The translations under genes were made by a program, and so were the position numbers. The notes beneath the pieces are model-generated. The model saw only the letters and a program-made list of their open reading frames with translations. It did not search any database and had not been told where the DNA came from. A stretch of DNA of 62,807 bases, filler included, from Nitrospinota bacterium (lineage in GTDB: Bacteria; JAUXIQ01), in the NCBI GenBank assembly GCA_030620925.1. It is 9 parts of 9 records of this genome, joined end to end, with 100 filler letters (N's around TTAATTAATTAA, not from the genome) between each part and the next. Parts side by side here need not be neighbours in the genome. Positions count along the whole stretch, not along the records: positions 46,596 to 53,983 come from JAUXIQ010000090.1; positions 54,084 to 62,807 come from JAUXIQ010000061.1; 7 more parts are not named here. One strand, written 5' to 3'. Positions 49,932-60,362 of this stretch are shown piece by piece (the first letter of the stretch is position 1; the number at the start of each line of letters is the position of its first letter).

Positions 49932-49994
49932 TTTAAAAGTGGTATTTACGTTCTCTAATTGGATAGAATAACTTACTTGCAGGGAGTGGAATAG

Positions 49995-50447
49995 ATGAAA
50001 GTGATCTTGAGAGAAGACGTGCCCAATCTGGGCGAGACGGGCGAGGTGGTGAACGTGGCCAACGGATACGGCAGGAACTACCTCATCCCCAAGGGATTGG
50101 CCGCACAGGCCACCACTGAAAACATCAAGGCCATGGCGCAGGATAAAGGTCTTTTCAGGAAGAAAGAAGAGAAGCGCGTGGAAGAGGCGCGAGAACTGGC
50201 CGACAAGCTGCAGAAAGTGGTGTGTACCTTTCCCATGAAATCCGGAGAGGGCGATAAGCTCTTCGGATCGGTGAACAGCGCCGACATCGCCCAGGTGCTC
50301 GAGAGGCAGGGTATCGGGCTGGACCGCAAGAAGATCAGCCTGGACCATCCCATAAAGAATCTGGGCGTCTTTACCGTTCTCGTGAAGCTGCACCCTGAAG
50401 TTTCGACGGAAGTCAAGATAGAGGTGGTGAAAGAAGAAGAGGAGTGA
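49995..50447 (+). CDS. rplI: 50S ribosomal protein L9
   Basis: MKVIL, GYGRNYLIP, KLFGSV, KLHPEV. Confidence 0.97.
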   Translation: MKVILREDVPNLGETGEVVNVANGYGRNYLIPKGLAAQATTENIKAMAQDKGLFRKKEEKRVEEARELADKLQKVVCTFPMKSGEGDKLFGSVNSADIAQVLERQGIGLDRKKISLDHPIKNLGVFTVLVKLHPEVSTEVKIEVVKEEEE

Positions 50448-50475
50448 GCTCATTCCATGCGGCTGATAATCTTTC

Positions 50476-51864
50476 ATGAGAAGAACTCAGGCTTCTGTAT
50501 CGAAGGAGGTGCGTGACGTGGCTATCACAGACGTTTCCTCCAGCAAACTGATCCCGCAAAACATCGAGGCGGAGCAGTCTGTCCTCGGTTCCATCCTGCT
50601 GGAAAACGATGCTCTCTTAAAGACGCTGGAGGTCATCACCGCGGACAGTTTCTACCGCGAGACCCATCGGAAGGTCTTCGCCGCCATACTGGAGCTGTTT
50701 GAAAAGAACGAGCCCATAGACCTACTCACCCTCACAGAGCGTCTTAAAAAGAACGACCATCTCGATGAAATTGGCGGTGCCTCCTACCTGGCGGAGTTAG
50801 TAAACATGGTGCCCACTGCCGCCAACGTCCGCCACCATGCAAAAATAGTGCTGGAAAAGGCCGTCCTGCGGAAGCTCATAAACGTGGCCACGGAGATAGT
50901 CTCCCAGAGCTACGAAGGCAACCAGGACGTGGATGAAATGCTGGATCAGGCCGAACAGAAAATCTTCGAGATCGCCGAGCACCGCGTTTCAGAGAGCTTC
51001 ACCGAAATAAACAAGGTATTGAAAGAGAGCTTCAAGACCATCGAGCAGCTCTTCGAGCGCAAGGAGTTGGTCACCGGCGTCCCCACGGGGTTCGCTGATT
51101 TCGACCGCCTCACCTCGGGGCTTCAGCCTTCGGACCTTATAATTATCGCAGGCAGGCCCAGCATGGGCAAGACTGCCTTTGCCCTGAACGTAGCCCAGCA
51201 TGCGGCCCTGCATCATAAGTATCCGGTGGCGATATTCAGCCTGGAGATGTCCCGCCAGCAGGTAGCTCTGCGTCTCCTCTGCTCGGAGGCCAGGGTCGAT
51301 TCTTCCCGCATGCGCTCCGGCTACCTGGAAAAGACGGATTGGCCCAAGCTGACCCTGGCGGCCGGTGTTCTCTCGGATGCGCCTATCTTTATCGACGATA
51401 TGCCCGGCCTGACCGCCCTGGACATCAGGGCCAAGGCGCGCAGGCTGCAGAAGGATAGAGGGTTGGGGCTGATCATCGTCGATTACCTCCAGCTCATGCG
51501 GGGACGGGGCGACGTGGACAACCGCCAGCAGGAAATAGCGGACATCACCCGCTCCCTCAAGGGCTTGGCCAAAGAGCTTAACGTGCCCGTGGTGGCGCTG
51601 TCACAGCTCAGCAGGGCGGTGGAGCAGCGGACCGGAGCGAGGCCCCAGTTATCCGACCTGCGGGAATCGGGCGCCATCGAGCAGGATGCCGACCTGGTGG
51701 CCTTCATTTACAGAGCCGAAGTGTACGGCAGAGAGGATGTGGAGGGCCAGACGGAGGTGATCATAGGCAAGCAGAGGAACGGGCCGGTGGGCAGTGTCCC
51801 CCTGACCTTTCTTAAACAGTACACCAGGTTCGAGAGCTATTCACCGAGAAGCGAGCCGATATGA
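50476..51864 (+). CDS. dnaB: Replicative DNA helicase
   Basis: PQNIEAEQSVLG, GRPSMGKT, FSLEM, VDYLQLM, SDLRESGAIEQDAD, KQRNGP; no intein. Confidence 0.98.
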   Translation: MRRTQASVSKEVRDVAITDVSSSKLIPQNIEAEQSVLGSILLENDALLKTLEVITADSFYRETHRKVFAAILELFEKNEPIDLLTLTERLKKNDHLDEIGGASYLAELVNMVPTAANVRHHAKIVLEKAVLRKLINVATEIVSQSYEGNQDVDEMLDQAEQKIFEIAEHRVSESFTEINKVLKESFKTIEQLFERKELVTGVPTGFADFDRLTSGLQPSDLIIIAGRPSMGKTAFALNVAQHAALHHKYPVAIFSLEMSRQQVALRLLCSEARVDSSRMRSGYLEKTDWPKLTLAAGVLSDAPIFIDDMPGLTALDIRAKARRLQKDRGLGLIIVDYLQLMRGRGDVDNRQQEIADITRSLKGLAKELNVPVVALSQLSRAVEQRTGARPQLSDLRESGAIEQDADLVAFIYRAEVYGREDVEGQTEVIIGKQRNGPVGSVPLTFLKQYTRFESYSPRSEPI

Positions 51865-52994
51865 CCGACCCGGACACATCCTATTATCCGGCGTTTCTGG
51901 AGATCGACCTGAGTGCGGTGGCCCATAATTACCGCCGGATAAGCTCCTGCCTCTCCGGGGGGAGCAGGGCTCTGGCGGTTGTGAAGTCAGACGCATACGG
52001 GCACGGGGCGGTGCCCGTGGCCCGGGCGCTGGTCGGCGAAGGTGTGGAGATGCTCGGCGTGGTGCTGGTTTCCGAGGGCATGGAGCTCCGCCGGGAGGGC
52101 ATCAGCGAACCGATATTAGTTCTGGGGGGGATAACGCCGGAGCAGGTGGAGGGCGTGGTCGAGCACGACCTGACGCAGGTGGTCTTCTCGGCGCAGGTAG
52201 CCCGGGCTCTCTCCCAAAGGGCCGGGGCGGCGGGCCGCCAGGTGAAAGTTCACGTCAAGGTGGATACCGGCCTGGGCCGTCTGGGTCTGAAACCTGAGGA
52301 GCTGGTCTCCTTTCTAGATGCGCTTAAGAAGATGGATAACATTCAGGTCCAGGGTCTACTCACGCACCTGGCCTACCCCGACGGGAGCGATGCGCAGTTT
52401 AACGCCGGACAGGCGGAGCTGCTGAGGTCGCTCCGCGTCCTGGCCGGTGAAGCGGGTTTCAAAGACTTGACCTGCCATTGCGCCAACAGCGCCTCCGCAG
52501 CCCACAACCCGGACCTGCACATGGATATGGTGCGGGCGGGCATCATGCTTTACGGGGTAGCGCCGGCGCGGGGGGTCGGTTCGCACCTCGATCTTAAGCC
52601 GGCGATGCGATGGGTGAGCAGGGTCGTGCACCTCCAGGAATGGGAAGAGGGGACATCCATCAGCTACAACCGCACGTACTTTACCAGCCGCAAGAGCCGC
52701 ATCGCCACCATCCCCGTCGGCTATTCCAAGGGCTATAGCTATCTTCTCGCAAACAAGGGGCAGATGCTGGTGGGCGGCCGCAAGGTGCCCGTGGCGGGCA
52801 AGGTCTGCATGGACATGAGCATGGCCGACGTAACCGATGCGGGCCGGGTATCCGTGGGGGACGAGGTGGTCGTCATGGGCCGCCAGGGAGACCAGGAGAT
52901 AACCGCCCTGGACATAGCCGAGGCCTTCGGCGGCTCATCTTACGAGGTCCTCTGCCTGGCCGGAAAATGCAACCCCCGCCTTTACCTGGATTAA
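51861..52994 (+). CDS. alr: Alanine racemase
   Basis: AVVKSDAYGHG, HVKVDTG, ANSA, VRAGIMLYG, GKVCMD. Confidence 0.96.
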   Translation: MTDPDTSYYPAFLEIDLSAVAHNYRRISSCLSGGSRALAVVKSDAYGHGAVPVARALVGEGVEMLGVVLVSEGMELRREGISEPILVLGGITPEQVEGVVEHDLTQVVFSAQVARALSQRAGAAGRQVKVHVKVDTGLGRLGLKPEELVSFLDALKKMDNIQVQGLLTHLAYPDGSDAQFNAGQAELLRSLRVLAGEAGFKDLTCHCANSASAAHNPDLHMDMVRAGIMLYGVAPARGVGSHLDLKPAMRWVSRVVHLQEWEEGTSISYNRTYFTSRKSRIATIPVGYSKGYSYLLANKGQMLVGGRKVPVAGKVCMDMSMADVTDAGRVSVGDEVVVMGRQGDQEITALDIAEAFGGSSYEVLCLAGKCNPRLYLD

Positions 52995-53160
52995 ACCTTG
53001 ATCGGGAGCGGGATCAAAGCGTGTCCTCACGGTTTCATGCGGGGTGACGTGAGCTTTCCCATGATGCTCACTCCGCCCGACTTTGTGCCCGACCCTTACC
53101 TCCCGCATGATACAATGCTTCCCTGTATCCACACTTTCAGACGTTTGCAATCAGGCTGCC

Positions 53161-53983
53161 ATGTCAATCGGATTTGAGCTAATACATCAGGATAAGACCA
53201 CACGAGCCAGGGCCGGAATCCTGCACACGCCCCACGGCGAGGTGCGCACCCCTCTATTCATGCCCGTGGGTACTCAGGGCACCGTAAAGGCCATGACCCC
53301 CGAAGAGCTCGTCGAGAACGGCACGCAGATGCTCCTCAGCAACACTTACCATCTCTACCTCAGGCCCGGCCACCGGATCGTCCAGGGACTGGGCGGTCTG
53401 CATAAGTTTATGAACTGGGACGGACCGATCCTGACCGACAGCGGCGGGTTTCAGATATACAGCATGGCCGATCTGGCCAAAGTCACCGATGAAGGGGTGC
53501 ACTTCAAGTCTCACCTGGACGGCTCCGGGCAGTTCCTCTCCCCCGAAAATTCGGTGGAAGTGCAGGAAGCGCTGGGCGCCGACTTCATCACCGTCCTGGA
53601 CGAATGTCTCTCCTATCCGGCCACCCGCGAAGCCGCGCTCGCCTCTATGGAGCTAACGCTCAAATGGGCGAGGCGAAGCCGGGATGCGCACGTACGGGGC
53701 GACCAGGCCCTCTTCGGCATAGTTCAGGGCGGGATGTTCAAAGACCTGAGGGAGCGCTGCTCGAGAGAGCTCATCGCCATGGATTTCGCGGGCTATGCGG
53801 TCGGCGGTCTCAACGTGGGCGAATCCAAGGGGCTCACCCGCGAGATACTTGCTCATACCATGGATTTTCTTCCTCATGACAGGCCGCGCTATCTCATGGG
53901 CGTGGGCACGCCGCTGGACACACTGGAAGCCATCTCCCAGGGGATCGATCTTTTCGATTGCGTCATGCCCACGCGAAACGCCA
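53161..53983 (+). CDS. tgt: tRNA-guanine transglycosylase, truncated
   Basis: TPLFMPVGT, NTYHLYLRPG, TDSGGFQ, FGIVQGG, RYLMGVG, DCVMPTRN. Confidence 0.96.
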
Positions 53984-54083
53984 NNNNNNNNNNNNNNNNN
54001 NNNNNNNNNNNNNNNNNNNNNNNNNNNTTAATTAATTAANNNNNNNNNNNNNNNNNNNNNNNNNNNNNNNNNNNNNNNNNNNN
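53984..54083. other. Artificial contig linker
   Basis: 44 N + TTAATTAATTAA + 44 N. Confidence 0.97.
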
Positions 54084-55519
54084 CCGTTCGGGAAAATATT
54101 TTCCTCCGCCAGGTCTATCTGTTCCCTGAGCAGCGTCTCCCTCTTTCGCAGGCTTTTCATGAGTTTCGTCTCGAACTTCCTTACCCGCTCCTCCACGGAG
54201 CCGATGGTTTTATCCAGGGCGTCAGAGAGCGTGGGGTCCAGCGCGGCTACATCTTCCCTTATCTCGCCCAGTAGACCGCCAACGGCAGCCACCCGCTCAT
54301 CCCAGAACGAGGGGGAAGTGAGGCTGTGTCTGGACCTTATCAGCCTATCCAGCAGCTTCCCTTTATCCCTGAATTCTAGAGGGTGCACGTCCAGTTTCCC
54401 CAGGACGCGGCGCACTCTGGGCTCCACCAGAGTCAGGCCCATGCGCAATCGTACGTGGGGCATGGGCAGGCCGAAATAATCGTAGACCTGCCGTAGCTGC
54501 GCATAATATCCCGTTTCCCCCGCCCCTCCCACGTAGGCGATCACCGGGAAAAGGTAGTCGGACACGATTGGCCTGAGGGCAGCGTTGGGGCTGAAACGCT
54601 CAGGCTCCGCTTCGGCCATGGCCCTAAGCTCCGGCCCGCTGAACTTCCGACCGGAGCAGAGAAAACCCTCGCCCTGCAACCGCACGTTTTCCCTCACCCC
54701 TCCGTTGATGAGAAAGAAGGGACACAACTCTTCCGACTTGTGTATTTGTCTCCGATAGCCGGATGCTTCAAGCTCATCGCCGGCGTGGTTCAGAAGTTCG
54801 GTGACCATCAACGGCTTATCCAGCACCTTCTGGAACAGCGGCGAGGCCAGTCTCTTCAGCGCCGCCCCCGTGGGGTCTATCATAACCAGCCCATAATCGC
54901 CCATGAGACCGGTCATCAATCTCGCAAACCAGTCTCCCAGGCTGAGCGATTTCTCAAATGACGCTGTAAGGTGAGCCTCTACCTCCTCGCTGAAACCACC
55001 ATCCGGCAGTGCGTCCAGGAAGCGACTGAGGAACAGACGAACGTTCTCATCGAGGGGGATCGAACCCACGGGACCCCCGCCCTTTCCCATCTCAGCCGGG
55101 AGCTTCGTGCGAAGGGGTTTCCCGCTTTGGTCCAGCGTATGGACGGCGGCGATTTCTTCAAAGTCATGGTCATCGGTAGCGGCCCAAAACGCCGGGATCA
55201 CCGCCCTCCCCAACTCTTCCCTCAACCGGTCCGCAAGCTGAACGGCGGTCAACGCCTTGTATATGGTATACAGCGGACCGGTGAGCACGCCCGGCTGCTG
55301 GCCGGTCATGACCATCAGGGCGTTCTCTTCCCCCACACGGCGTATATTATCCAGGGCCGCTTCCGGCGCGCCCAGGCTCCGGTTATATTCCATAAGCGCC
55401 GCCGTCGTCTCGTTCCTGTCAGGCCTCTGTACCTCATCCACAGCTTCACAAAGGTTCCCCGTACTTAATGGAGAGAAAAATCGGAGGGCCCTTTCTTCTC
55501 CCTGGAGGTAATCCCTCAC
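54084..55519 (-). CDS. bshC: Bacillithiol biosynthesis cysteine-adding enzyme BshC, 3' truncated
   Basis: TGQQPGVLTGPLYTIYK, FWAATDDHDFEEI, PERFSPNAALRP, YVGGAGE..YYAQ. Real start may be upstream (see findings). Confidence 0.9.
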
Positions 55520-55585
55520 TATGGAGTCTGCAGGAAGAAACTCCCAGGCAGGAACGTCTGCAAGAATCTCAAATTGAATTTTCCC

Positions 55586-55996
55586 TCACCTCCCCTCCGC
55601 CGAAGATGGTGCATACTCCACATAAAGATTTCGGGACCTCGGCCCGTCAAACTCACAGAAGAATATCCCCTGCCAGGTTCCCAGGCTAAGCTTCCCCCCC
55701 TTTACCGGCACCGCCTGATGACATCCCACGAGCGTGGACTTGATGTGAGCCGCGGAGTTGCCCTCCGCATGGCTGTAGTTCCCCGAAAGGGGAACCAGCC
55801 TGTCCAGCGCATCCAGTATATCCCTTACCACCGACGGGTCGGCGTTCTCGTTAATGGTCACCCCGGCGGTTGTATGCGGGACGTAGAGATGGCAGAGGCC
55901 GTCACCGGCGGACATCTTCTCCAACGCCCTCCGGACTTCAGACGACACGTCGATAAACTCTATCTTCTTCCCTGATTTAACTTCTATTACTTCCAT
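55586..55996 (-). CDS. yjbQ: YjbQ/UPF0047 family (secondary thiamine-phosphate synthase)
   Basis: PHTTAGVTINEN, HAEGNSAAHIK, LGTWQGIFFCEFDGPR. Start ATG 55996. Confidence 0.9.
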   Translation of the reverse strand: MEVIEVKSGKKIEFIDVSSEVRRALEKMSAGDGLCHLYVPHTTAGVTINENADPSVVRDILDALDRLVPLSGNYSHAEGNSAAHIKSTLVGCHQAVPVKGGKLSLGTWQGIFFCEFDGPRSRNLYVEYAPSSAEGR

Positions 55997-56102
55997 GGCA
56001 CTCTCCCCTATACCCCGGCCACTGTCTCCCGGGCAGGTTAAATAATCGACCCGTATCATGCCTGGTGCATCGTTTTTCAAATATAATTCATCACCTCGAC
56101 CA

Positions 56103-57362
56103 TCACGGCTGAGCGGCGCTTTCATCTTTCCCCGCAAATTCCTCTGCCATCCCGATCCTCTTAGAAATGGAGGGGTGCCCGTAAAAGAAGAACTCTACCA
56201 GGGGATGGGGGTCCATCTCCGCCAGATTGAGAGACGCCAGTCTGCGCATGGCGCTTATGAACGCCGGCGGGTCGCCGGTGGCCTCCAACGCGTAGCGGTC
56301 CGAATCCCTTTCCAGCTTCCGTGAGTAGAAGTTTACCAGAGGGAGCAAGGCCAGCGAAACGGCGGCCAGGCTCAATAACAGCAGCGGGAGTCCCGCCACA
56401 TCACCAATGCCTTTCAGCCCAAGATACCCTACCCCCCAGGATATCACTCTGTGGGCGATGAAAAGGGCCAGCACAGTGAAGCAGGACTGGAGAACTATGA
56501 GCAGGGGAATATGGCGGAAAACGTGGTGCCCCAGTTCGTGAGCGACCACGGTTTCTATCTCCTCCCGGGTAAAGTTATCCAGCAGTGTATCGGCCAGAAT
56601 TATCCTCCTGGTGTTCCCCAATCCGGCCAGGGCGGCATTTGCCGCCCTGGTCTTGCGGCTCAGGTTCATCTTGAACACACCCCGTATCCTCGTTTGCGCC
56701 TTCTCTGCCAGGAGGGTTATCCTCCGCACCAGGTCCTCATCTTCCAGCGGCTCGAACTTAAAGAAGATGGGAAAGAGCAGCACGGGGGCCAGGTTGGCCA
56801 TCAGCACAAATATTCCGATGAAAGCCGCCGCAGCGGCCAGCCACCAGCTATCTGGAAGCGAACGCAGCAGCCAATAGATGAGTTCCACAGCCCCCAAGCC
56901 CAGGCCCATGTTCAAGGCAAAGCCTTTCAGTTCGTCCATATAAAATGAGGGAAGGGATTCTTGAGAAAGACCGTATCTGTGCTCCAGCTTGTAGCCGCCG
57001 TAAAAACTCAGGGGAAGGGAAAGAATTTCCGCAGCGACCATGAATATCACAAAATAGAGAAAGACAAGCACCCAGGGGTTAGCGGAAACCGGTTCCAGGA
57101 GCTCCCTCAGCCAGACCGAGAGCCCGGTGAAAAGCAAGACCGCCAGCAGTCCGCCGCCAAGGCCAAGGTTCAACACCCGCACCCGCCTCTTGAGCCTGTT
57201 ATAAATCCGGGCCTTATCCTGACGGCTTTGCCCCGCCCCCTCGAACCCCTCGACCTCTTCAGGGGTGGAGAGCTTTCGACCCATGCAGGGGCCGATAAGA
57301 AAGTCGACAAACCAATCTGCTATCGTTTTTGATCGCATAATCAATCCGGAATGGCTCCGCAT
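56103..57362 (-). CDS. M48 family (Ste24-like) membrane zinc metallopeptidase
   Basis: EHRYGLS, ANAALAGLG, AHELGH, ERDSD, HPSI..RI. Start uncertain. Confidence 0.9.
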   Translation of the reverse strand: MRSHSGLIMRSKTIADWFVDFLIGPCMGRKLSTPEEVEGFEGAGQSRQDKARIYNRLKRRVRVLNLGLGGGLLAVLLFTGLSVWLRELLEPVSANPWVLVFLYFVIFMVAAEILSLPLSFYGGYKLEHRYGLSQESLPSFYMDELKGFALNMGLGLGAVELIYWLLRSLPDSWWLAAAAAFIGIFVLMANLAPVLLFPIFFKFEPLEDEDLVRRITLLAEKAQTRIRGVFKMNLSRKTRAANAALAGLGNTRRIILADTLLDNFTREEIETVVAHELGHHVFRHIPLLIVLQSCFTVLALFIAHRVISWGVGYLGLKGIGDVAGLPLLLLSLAAVSLALLPLVNFYSRKLERDSDRYALEATGDPPAFISAMRRLASLNLAEMDPHPLVEFFFYGHPSISKRIGMAEEFAGKDESAAQP

Positions 57363-57369
57363 AAATGAT

Positions 57370-57744
57370 TTAAAACAGGATTACCTGCGACACAGCATAA
57401 TCGCGGCTGTGAGAGAGGGTAATCATGGCTGAAGCGGCCCCCAATTCCTCCATTATCTCCCTGGCCCGACCGTAAAAGGTCAGTTGAGGCTTGCCCGAGG
57501 AGGCGTTGGTCACTTCTATATCTTTCCACCTGACACCCCGACTCCAGCCTGTGCCCAGGGCCTTCATAGCCGCTTCTTTGGCCGCAAAGCGGCAGGCGAA
57601 CGATCGCACAAAGTCCCTCTTCGACTGGCAATACTTTATCTCACGAGCAGTATAAGTGCGGTTTAAGAAGCGGTCGCCCCTCCTCTCTATTACTCCTTCC
57701 ACTCTGTCAATCTCAATGATATCCATACCTATGCCTTTTATCAT
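57370..57744 (-). CDS. acpS: Holo-[acyl-carrier-protein] synthase
   Basis: GIGMDI, RFAAKEA..KALGTG, GKP, LSHS. Confidence 0.95.
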   Translation of the reverse strand: MIKGIGMDIIEIDRVEGVIERRGDRFLNRTYTAREIKYCQSKRDFVRSFACRFAAKEAAMKALGTGWSRGVRWKDIEVTNASSGKPQLTFYGRAREIMEELGAASAMITLSHSRDYAVSQVILF

Positions 57745-58068
57745 CCTCTTCCCCCTTTGTTAAACCCACCAATAAACAACCGCTCACTAATTGAATTATA
57801 TAGCGAAGCACTCACCCCCTGCAAAGGCCTTTTATCGCTCCGCCATCACGAAATACCTTTTTTTGTTGAACTTCCTTTTCGAGTTATTATAATCTATCTG
57901 TAAATAACCTATACATAAAGCGAACCGGCAGCCCTTTCCTAACGGCCGACACGTTTCGACTGCAGGGTTTAATAATCCCCGTTAATATAAGTACCCCCTG
58001 ATCAGTATATGAATTCGATAATAGTGCAAAGGGCTCAGAAATCAGCGCAAAGGGTAATGAAAAGGTAG

Positions 58069-58097
58069 TTGACATTTATATGCCGTCTTGGTATATT
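58069..58097 (+). promoter_or_regulatory. Sigma70 promoter about 470 nt upstream of rho
   Basis: TTGACA-17 nt-TATATT. Confidence 0.7.
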
Positions 58098-58565
58098 TAA
58101 TTAACAAGGAAGCTCCTGTAAGCCCTCACTGCAGAATATCAATCTAAAAGGATAATCCTCTTACGCTGTCTTCGCACGTTAAGATACTGAAAACGAGAGG
58201 CGTCTTTTATTACCTGCCGTCATCTGCTCACATCAATGTGAAGAGTGAGGGGGAATTTTCGTGAGCCTTTTGGCATTAAAGGGATGACTGATATACTTCA
58301 GTTTTTTGGGCTTATCGGAGTGTCATGGACCTTGTATTTTCGGCTTCCCCGATAAGCCGAGAGGCATCCACCAATTCCCACGCCCTTTAGAACGGCCTGT
58401 CGCCGTCTGAAGATTCTCATAGCAGGTAAATTCATACAGTCGGAGGGAGATTAAATTATAATATTTACTTCAATTTAAAGAACAGATGGCAAAGAGCCTG
58501 GCGGCACAGCAGTACGTGTTGGAAAAACTAAATACACCATTAAAAGGAACAGACGGGAAAAAACC

Positions 58566-59840
58566 ATGGAAACGACAACTGCCGAAATGATGAACCTCGC
58601 AGAGCTTAAGGAAAGGACTATTTCAGAACTCTCAACGGTAGCCAAGGAAATGGGTATCCCTGCTATCAGCGGACTCAAGAAGCAGGAACTCATCTTTAAA
58701 ATATTGGAAACCCAGGCCCAGAAAAACGGGCTCATCTTCGGCGAGGGTGTGCTTGAAATACTGCCCGACGGGTTCGGCTTCCTGCGCGCACCTTCCTCCA
58801 ACTATTTGCCCGGACCGGACGACATTTACGTGTCCCCATCGCAGATACGGCGTTTCGATCTGCGGACAGGCGATACAATATCAGGGCAGATACGCCCTCC
58901 CAAGGACAGCGAGCGTTACTTCGCCCTCCTCAAAGTAGAAGCTATAAATTTCGATAACCCCGAACTGGCCAAAGAGAAAATCCTGTTCGATAACCTAACG
59001 CCCCTGTTCCCCGACGAATGCATAAATCTGGAAACCAAGGACGGTAACCTCTCCACCCGCATCATGAACCTCATGACGCCCATAGGGAAAGGGCAGCGCG
59101 GCCTCATAGTCGCCCCGCCCAGGACAGGCAAGACCATGCTGTTGCAGGCAATCGCCAACAGCATCTCCGAGAACCAGCCGGAAGTAATACTCATCGTGCT
59201 CCTCATCGATGAGCGCCCGGAAGAAGTTACGGAAATGCAGCGCTCAGTGAATGGCGAAGTGATAAGCTCCACCTTCGACGAGCCGGCGCAACGCCACACC
59301 CAGGTCGCCGACATGGTCCTGGAAAAGGCCAAGCGGCTCACGGAATACGGAAAGGATGTGGTAATACTCCTGGATAGTATTACCAGGCTGGCCAGGGCTC
59401 ATAACACCATCGTTCCACCCAGCGGCAAGGTGCTCTCAGGGGGTATAGACTCCAATGCCCTGCAGCGGCCGAAGCGTTTTTTCGGTGCGGCCCGTAACAT
59501 CGAAGAAGGGGGGAGCCTTACCATCATCGCCACCGCACTCATCGATACCGGCAGCCGTATGGACGACATAATCTTCGAAGAATTCAAGGGCACCGGTAAC
59601 CTGGAGATACATCTGGACAGGAAGCTGGCCGACAAGAGGGTCTTCCCGGCCATTGACATCCATCGGTCCGGAACGAGGAAGGAAGAGCTGCTGATGGAGG
59701 AAAAAGAGCTGCAACGAGTTTGGGTCCTGAGGAAAGTGCTTCATACCCTGGGAGTCGTGGATTCCATGGAGCTGTTGATAGACAAGATATCCCAGACAAA
59801 ATCCAATACCAATTTCCTGGATTCCTTAAACGACCTTTAG
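58566..59840 (+). CDS. rho: Transcription termination factor Rho
   Basis: [56 protein letters not shown]. Confidence 0.99.
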   Translation: METTTAEMMNLAELKERTISELSTVAKEMGIPAISGLKKQELIFKILETQAQKNGLIFGEGVLEILPDGFGFLRAPSSNYLPGPDDIYVSPSQIRRFDLRTGDTISGQIRPPKDSERYFALLKVEAINFDNPELAKEKILFDNLTPLFPDECINLETKDGNLSTRIMNLMTPIGKGQRGLIVAPPRTGKTMLLQAIANSISENQPEVILIVLLIDERPEEVTEMQRSVNGEVISSTFDEPAQRHTQVADMVLEKAKRLTEYGKDVVILLDSITRLARAHNTIVPPSGKVLSGGIDSNALQRPKRFFGAARNIEEGGSLTIIATALIDTGSRMDDIIFEEFKGTGNLEIHLDRKLADKRVFPAIDIHRSGTRKEELLMEEKELQRVWVLRKVLHTLGVVDSMELLIDKISQTKSNTNFLDSLNDL

Positions 59841-60115
59841 CTGACATAGCCGATGCCCGAAGCTCGCATCGGAACCTGGAATCATTTCAGCGTCCCTTCC
59901 TGCGCACCTCTTTTTAAGGCGCATCCTTTATTTTTTCCTTTTAATCTCATACAGATGGGGAATATAATAGTTTCGCATAGGCTTGTTCATGCCTGAAAGA
60001 GGGTAGTCGAGGGAGGAATACGCTTGACTGCCGTTTTTTTGTCCTTATGATAACATAGGTCTATATTTCTCTAATGAGAAGAGTTGTCAGGGCGCAAATC
60101 GAGGAGTGAAATCAG

Positions 60116-60325
60116 ATGAAAAAAGATATTCATCCGGAATACGTGGATACTACAGTGACCTGTGCCTGCGGAGAGGTAATCCAGACAAAATCCACCAAAG
60201 AGAACATCCGCATCGAGATATGCTCCAAGTGCCACCCCTTTTACACCGGCAAGCAGAAACTGGTGGACTCGGCGGGAAGGGTGGAAAGGTTCAGGCGAAA
60301 ATACAGTAAGAATAAACCGGATTAA
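60116..60325 (+). CDS. rpmE: 50S ribosomal protein L31 (Zn-binding type)
   Basis: [29 protein letters not shown]. Confidence 0.98.
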   Translation: MKKDIHPEYVDTTVTCACGEVIQTKSTKENIRIEICSKCHPFYTGKQKLVDSAGRVERFRRKYSKNKPD

Positions 60326-60362
60326 GACTTCAGCATATAAATTCAGATAAGAGAGTCGGGCA

